DNA of 64,000 nucleotides from Salpingoeca rosetta (Eukaryota > Protista > Choanoflagellata): NCBI GenBank assembly GCA_033442325.1, contig JAWQFM010000013.1:1647160-1711159 (forward strand). The letters run 5' to 3'. The notes under the pieces are model-generated. The model made no database searches. It was not told the origin of the DNA and saw only the letters and a list, made by a program, of their open reading frames with translations. A program made the position numbers and the translations under genes. How positions within the stretch are numbered: position 1 is the stretch's first letter; each line of letters opens with the position of its first letter. Shown in pieces: positions 61,855-64,000 of this stretch.

Positions 61855-64000
61855 TGAACGCTTGTGCGAGGGGATGATCGTGTCAACCACCACCTCTCTT
61901 CACACCCATCGTCGCACACATCACATGCTCGCACCAGACAAGGGTACACACCTGCCAGTCGTGAATGTCCAAGGACTCAACAATGACGGTGAGGTCGGTT
62001 GAGGCGGCGCCATGCGTGGAGTGCTCATGTTTGTTGAACATGTGACCCATGAGCGAGTGGAACGTGGAAGTCTTGCCGGCGCGCCCCTGACCGATGAAGA
62101 TGAGCTTGGCCCTGCCCGCCATGGTCGCGTTGAAGCGTGCTATGACCTCCCGCATGCGCTGCTGGAGACGCTCCCTGCGCGCCTGCTCGGGCTGCTGCTG
62201 CTGGTGGCGGTGGTGACGGTTGTGTGAGACATCATGATTATGCTTGATACGAGACCACGGAGAGCGTGATGAAGGAATGGTATGGGTGACGTGATGCATT
62301 TGCTTGTGCGTTGCAAGCAAGCACTTGTCTCATCACTCACGTCTTGCGCTGCTTGTTCTTCTTGCTTCGGTCCGGCGGCAGGAGTGGGCGCAGGTGGCTC
62401 TTGTTTTGGTTGTTGCTGTTGTTGTTGCTGTTGCTGTTGTGGTTGCTCCAAAGGCTTGCCGCCTGGCTTCAGCCCTTGGATGCTGGTGATGGCAGTATGA
62501 CCGCTGGCTTGTGCCACATCATAGGGCGTCTCTCCCTGCGTGTGTTGGAAAGGTAAAACGCATGAGTTGAGGAAGGAGGGAAGCAGGGAGAGGGGGAGGA
62601 CACAGCGCAAATCAAAGAAGCAGTTGTGTCACGTCTTCAGAAACAGCCACACGACGCGAAGCACACCTTCTTGTTTTTGACGGCAGTGTCTGCGCCTTTC
62701 TCGAGGAGCAGCTCCACGACGGCGGGCTGGTTGTGCCTGCAGGCAACGTGCAGCGGCGTGTCGCCCTGTTATTGGGTGGGGGGCAGCAAGGCGCATGGCA
62801 CGTGTGGTGAGGATCTATTGAAAACGAACACACGGCCGGTGCAACCATGAGCGAGCACCGTTCACATACGAGCACAACACAAACACACACACACACATAT
62901 TGCACACACCTGTGCATTATGTTGGTTGATGTCTGCATTGTCCTCGATGAGGGAGGTGACAGCGGGAGCGTCGCCATCCCTGCAGGCGGAAAACAGTTGC
63001 TCATGCTGCCGCTTCTTCTCCGCGCGTGCTTCGTCGAAGGCGGCCCTGCCCTCATCGTCGCCACTCCTGTGATCTCACGCGACATTGGACGCAAGCACCA
63101 CGCAGCGTGTGTGTGTGTGTGTGAGGTGTCGAGAGAGAAGGCAGGGAGCAAACGACTAGAGTGGAAGCACGCGTTGACTGACCAATCCCCTGTGATGAGT
63201 TCTCGGTCGACGGGCAGCGCGGCACCAAAGGCGCGGGCAGTGGCGGTGGAGTTGTTCTCGATGCTGAACGAGGACACGTGGTGGTAGCGTGTGGTTGGAA
63301 CAAGCAGCAAGTGCGGTGCGGTGCGTCAGGAGGGTTGGTGGTTAGGGTTGTGGAGAAATGCAAGCAAGCAGAGAGGAACACACAGTGTGGCGTGCACTCA
63401 AAGAGTGGCGATTGGTCACACAAATCTACAACAGGACACAGGCGTTCATGAGGCAGGCGCAACGCAATTGACGTACTCAAGCCGAGACATGGTGCGGTTC
63501 TGGTCCAGTGCGGCACCCAGCGCCGCACCGCCAACCGGGGTGATGGAGTTCTTGGTCAAGCTGCAAGTGGCAAGAAATGCATGTTGGAAGAGCAGGGGGA
63601 ACGGGTGGGCAAGCAACACGTGTCAGTGTCATGGATAAAAGTGGGTTGCAGATGGACCACGTGCACGCGTACTCGCTCGCACATCAGGTCCTACGACATT
63701 GAAGTCACAATGGCGGAGGCAAAGGGGGGCAAATGCAAATTGCACAGGATGTGGCAGCACTTGTGGCAGCACAGGTGAAGGATGGAATCATTTGTTGGTT
63801 GGACAAACAAGCATGTCGCACAGACATCGTGGGTGGCTTGCGGTGCCTCCATCTGCACATGGGTACTGCGGAAGAAGCGCCTAAAGACACACATTGCAAA
63901 GAGGAGCTTCCACTCACTTGAGTATTTCGAGGGTCGTGTTGTGCTTCAGCACCTTCGCCAACGCCACGGCGCCCTCATCGCCGATGGAATTGTCCCACAG
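58389..64000 (-). CDS. Roco protein: LRR - ankyrin - Roc - COR - TIR - SAM; 5' end lies beyond the window. Exons >64000-63918, 63560-63477, 63263-63183, 63066-62910, 62765-62667, 62535-62341, ~62200-61952, 61792-61257, 61116-59593, 59483-58811, 58673-58389.
   Basis: LRR LWDNSIGDEGAVALAKVLKHNTTLEIL. ANK GDTPLHVACRHNQPAVVELLLEKGAD and GETPYDVA. Roc AKLIFIGQGRAGKTSTF, STHG, VFDLGGQSTFYIFH, LIVGTFAD. COR LQFLHLYSMVLFY, VILSPQW, YLVPAIL, LPEGLF. TIR YDAFISYR...TFVDANNLETG...ALQNS..TCPVVS...DNVLLEW...IVPLF. SAM LIEWLNRHSL...LVEHGIDSLEVL...LRASGVAMGPAMKLV. Confidence 0.88.

Overview
Intron-rich, GC-rich eukaryotic genomic DNA. Introns are full of (GT)n/(CA)n microsatellites and there are three assembly gaps. 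Gene content and style suggest a choanoflagellate such as Salpingoeca rosetta (inference, not searched). Most ORFs in the supplied track are microsatellite or antisense artefacts. Reading through GT-AG introns gives about 12 genes. Left part (1-43 kb): an AHI1/Jouberin-like WD40 gene (5' end outside the window), HAAO, TRAP-alpha (SSR1), a single-pass membrane protein with 23 Tyr-Thr-Thr repeats, a secreted GxGYxYP putative glycoside hydrolase with a Cys-rich CVNH-like tail, a ricin-lectin + GT31 core-1 galactosyltransferase-like gene, UTP20 with an RGG insertion, and RPL27A. Right part (43.7-64 kb) is the most striking: four consecutive genes, each with a predicted NAD+-consuming effector domain. 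These are (1) TIR/HET-like + ~18 TPR + PH, (2) a TIR/HET-like protein ending in a CaaX box, (3) LRR-Roc-COR + PARP-like ADP-ribosyltransferase, and (4) LRR-ankyrin-Roc-COR-TIR-SAM (5' end outside the window). Together they look like a candidate innate-immunity or cell-death locus. Domain calls come from motifs read by eye; no database searches were run.
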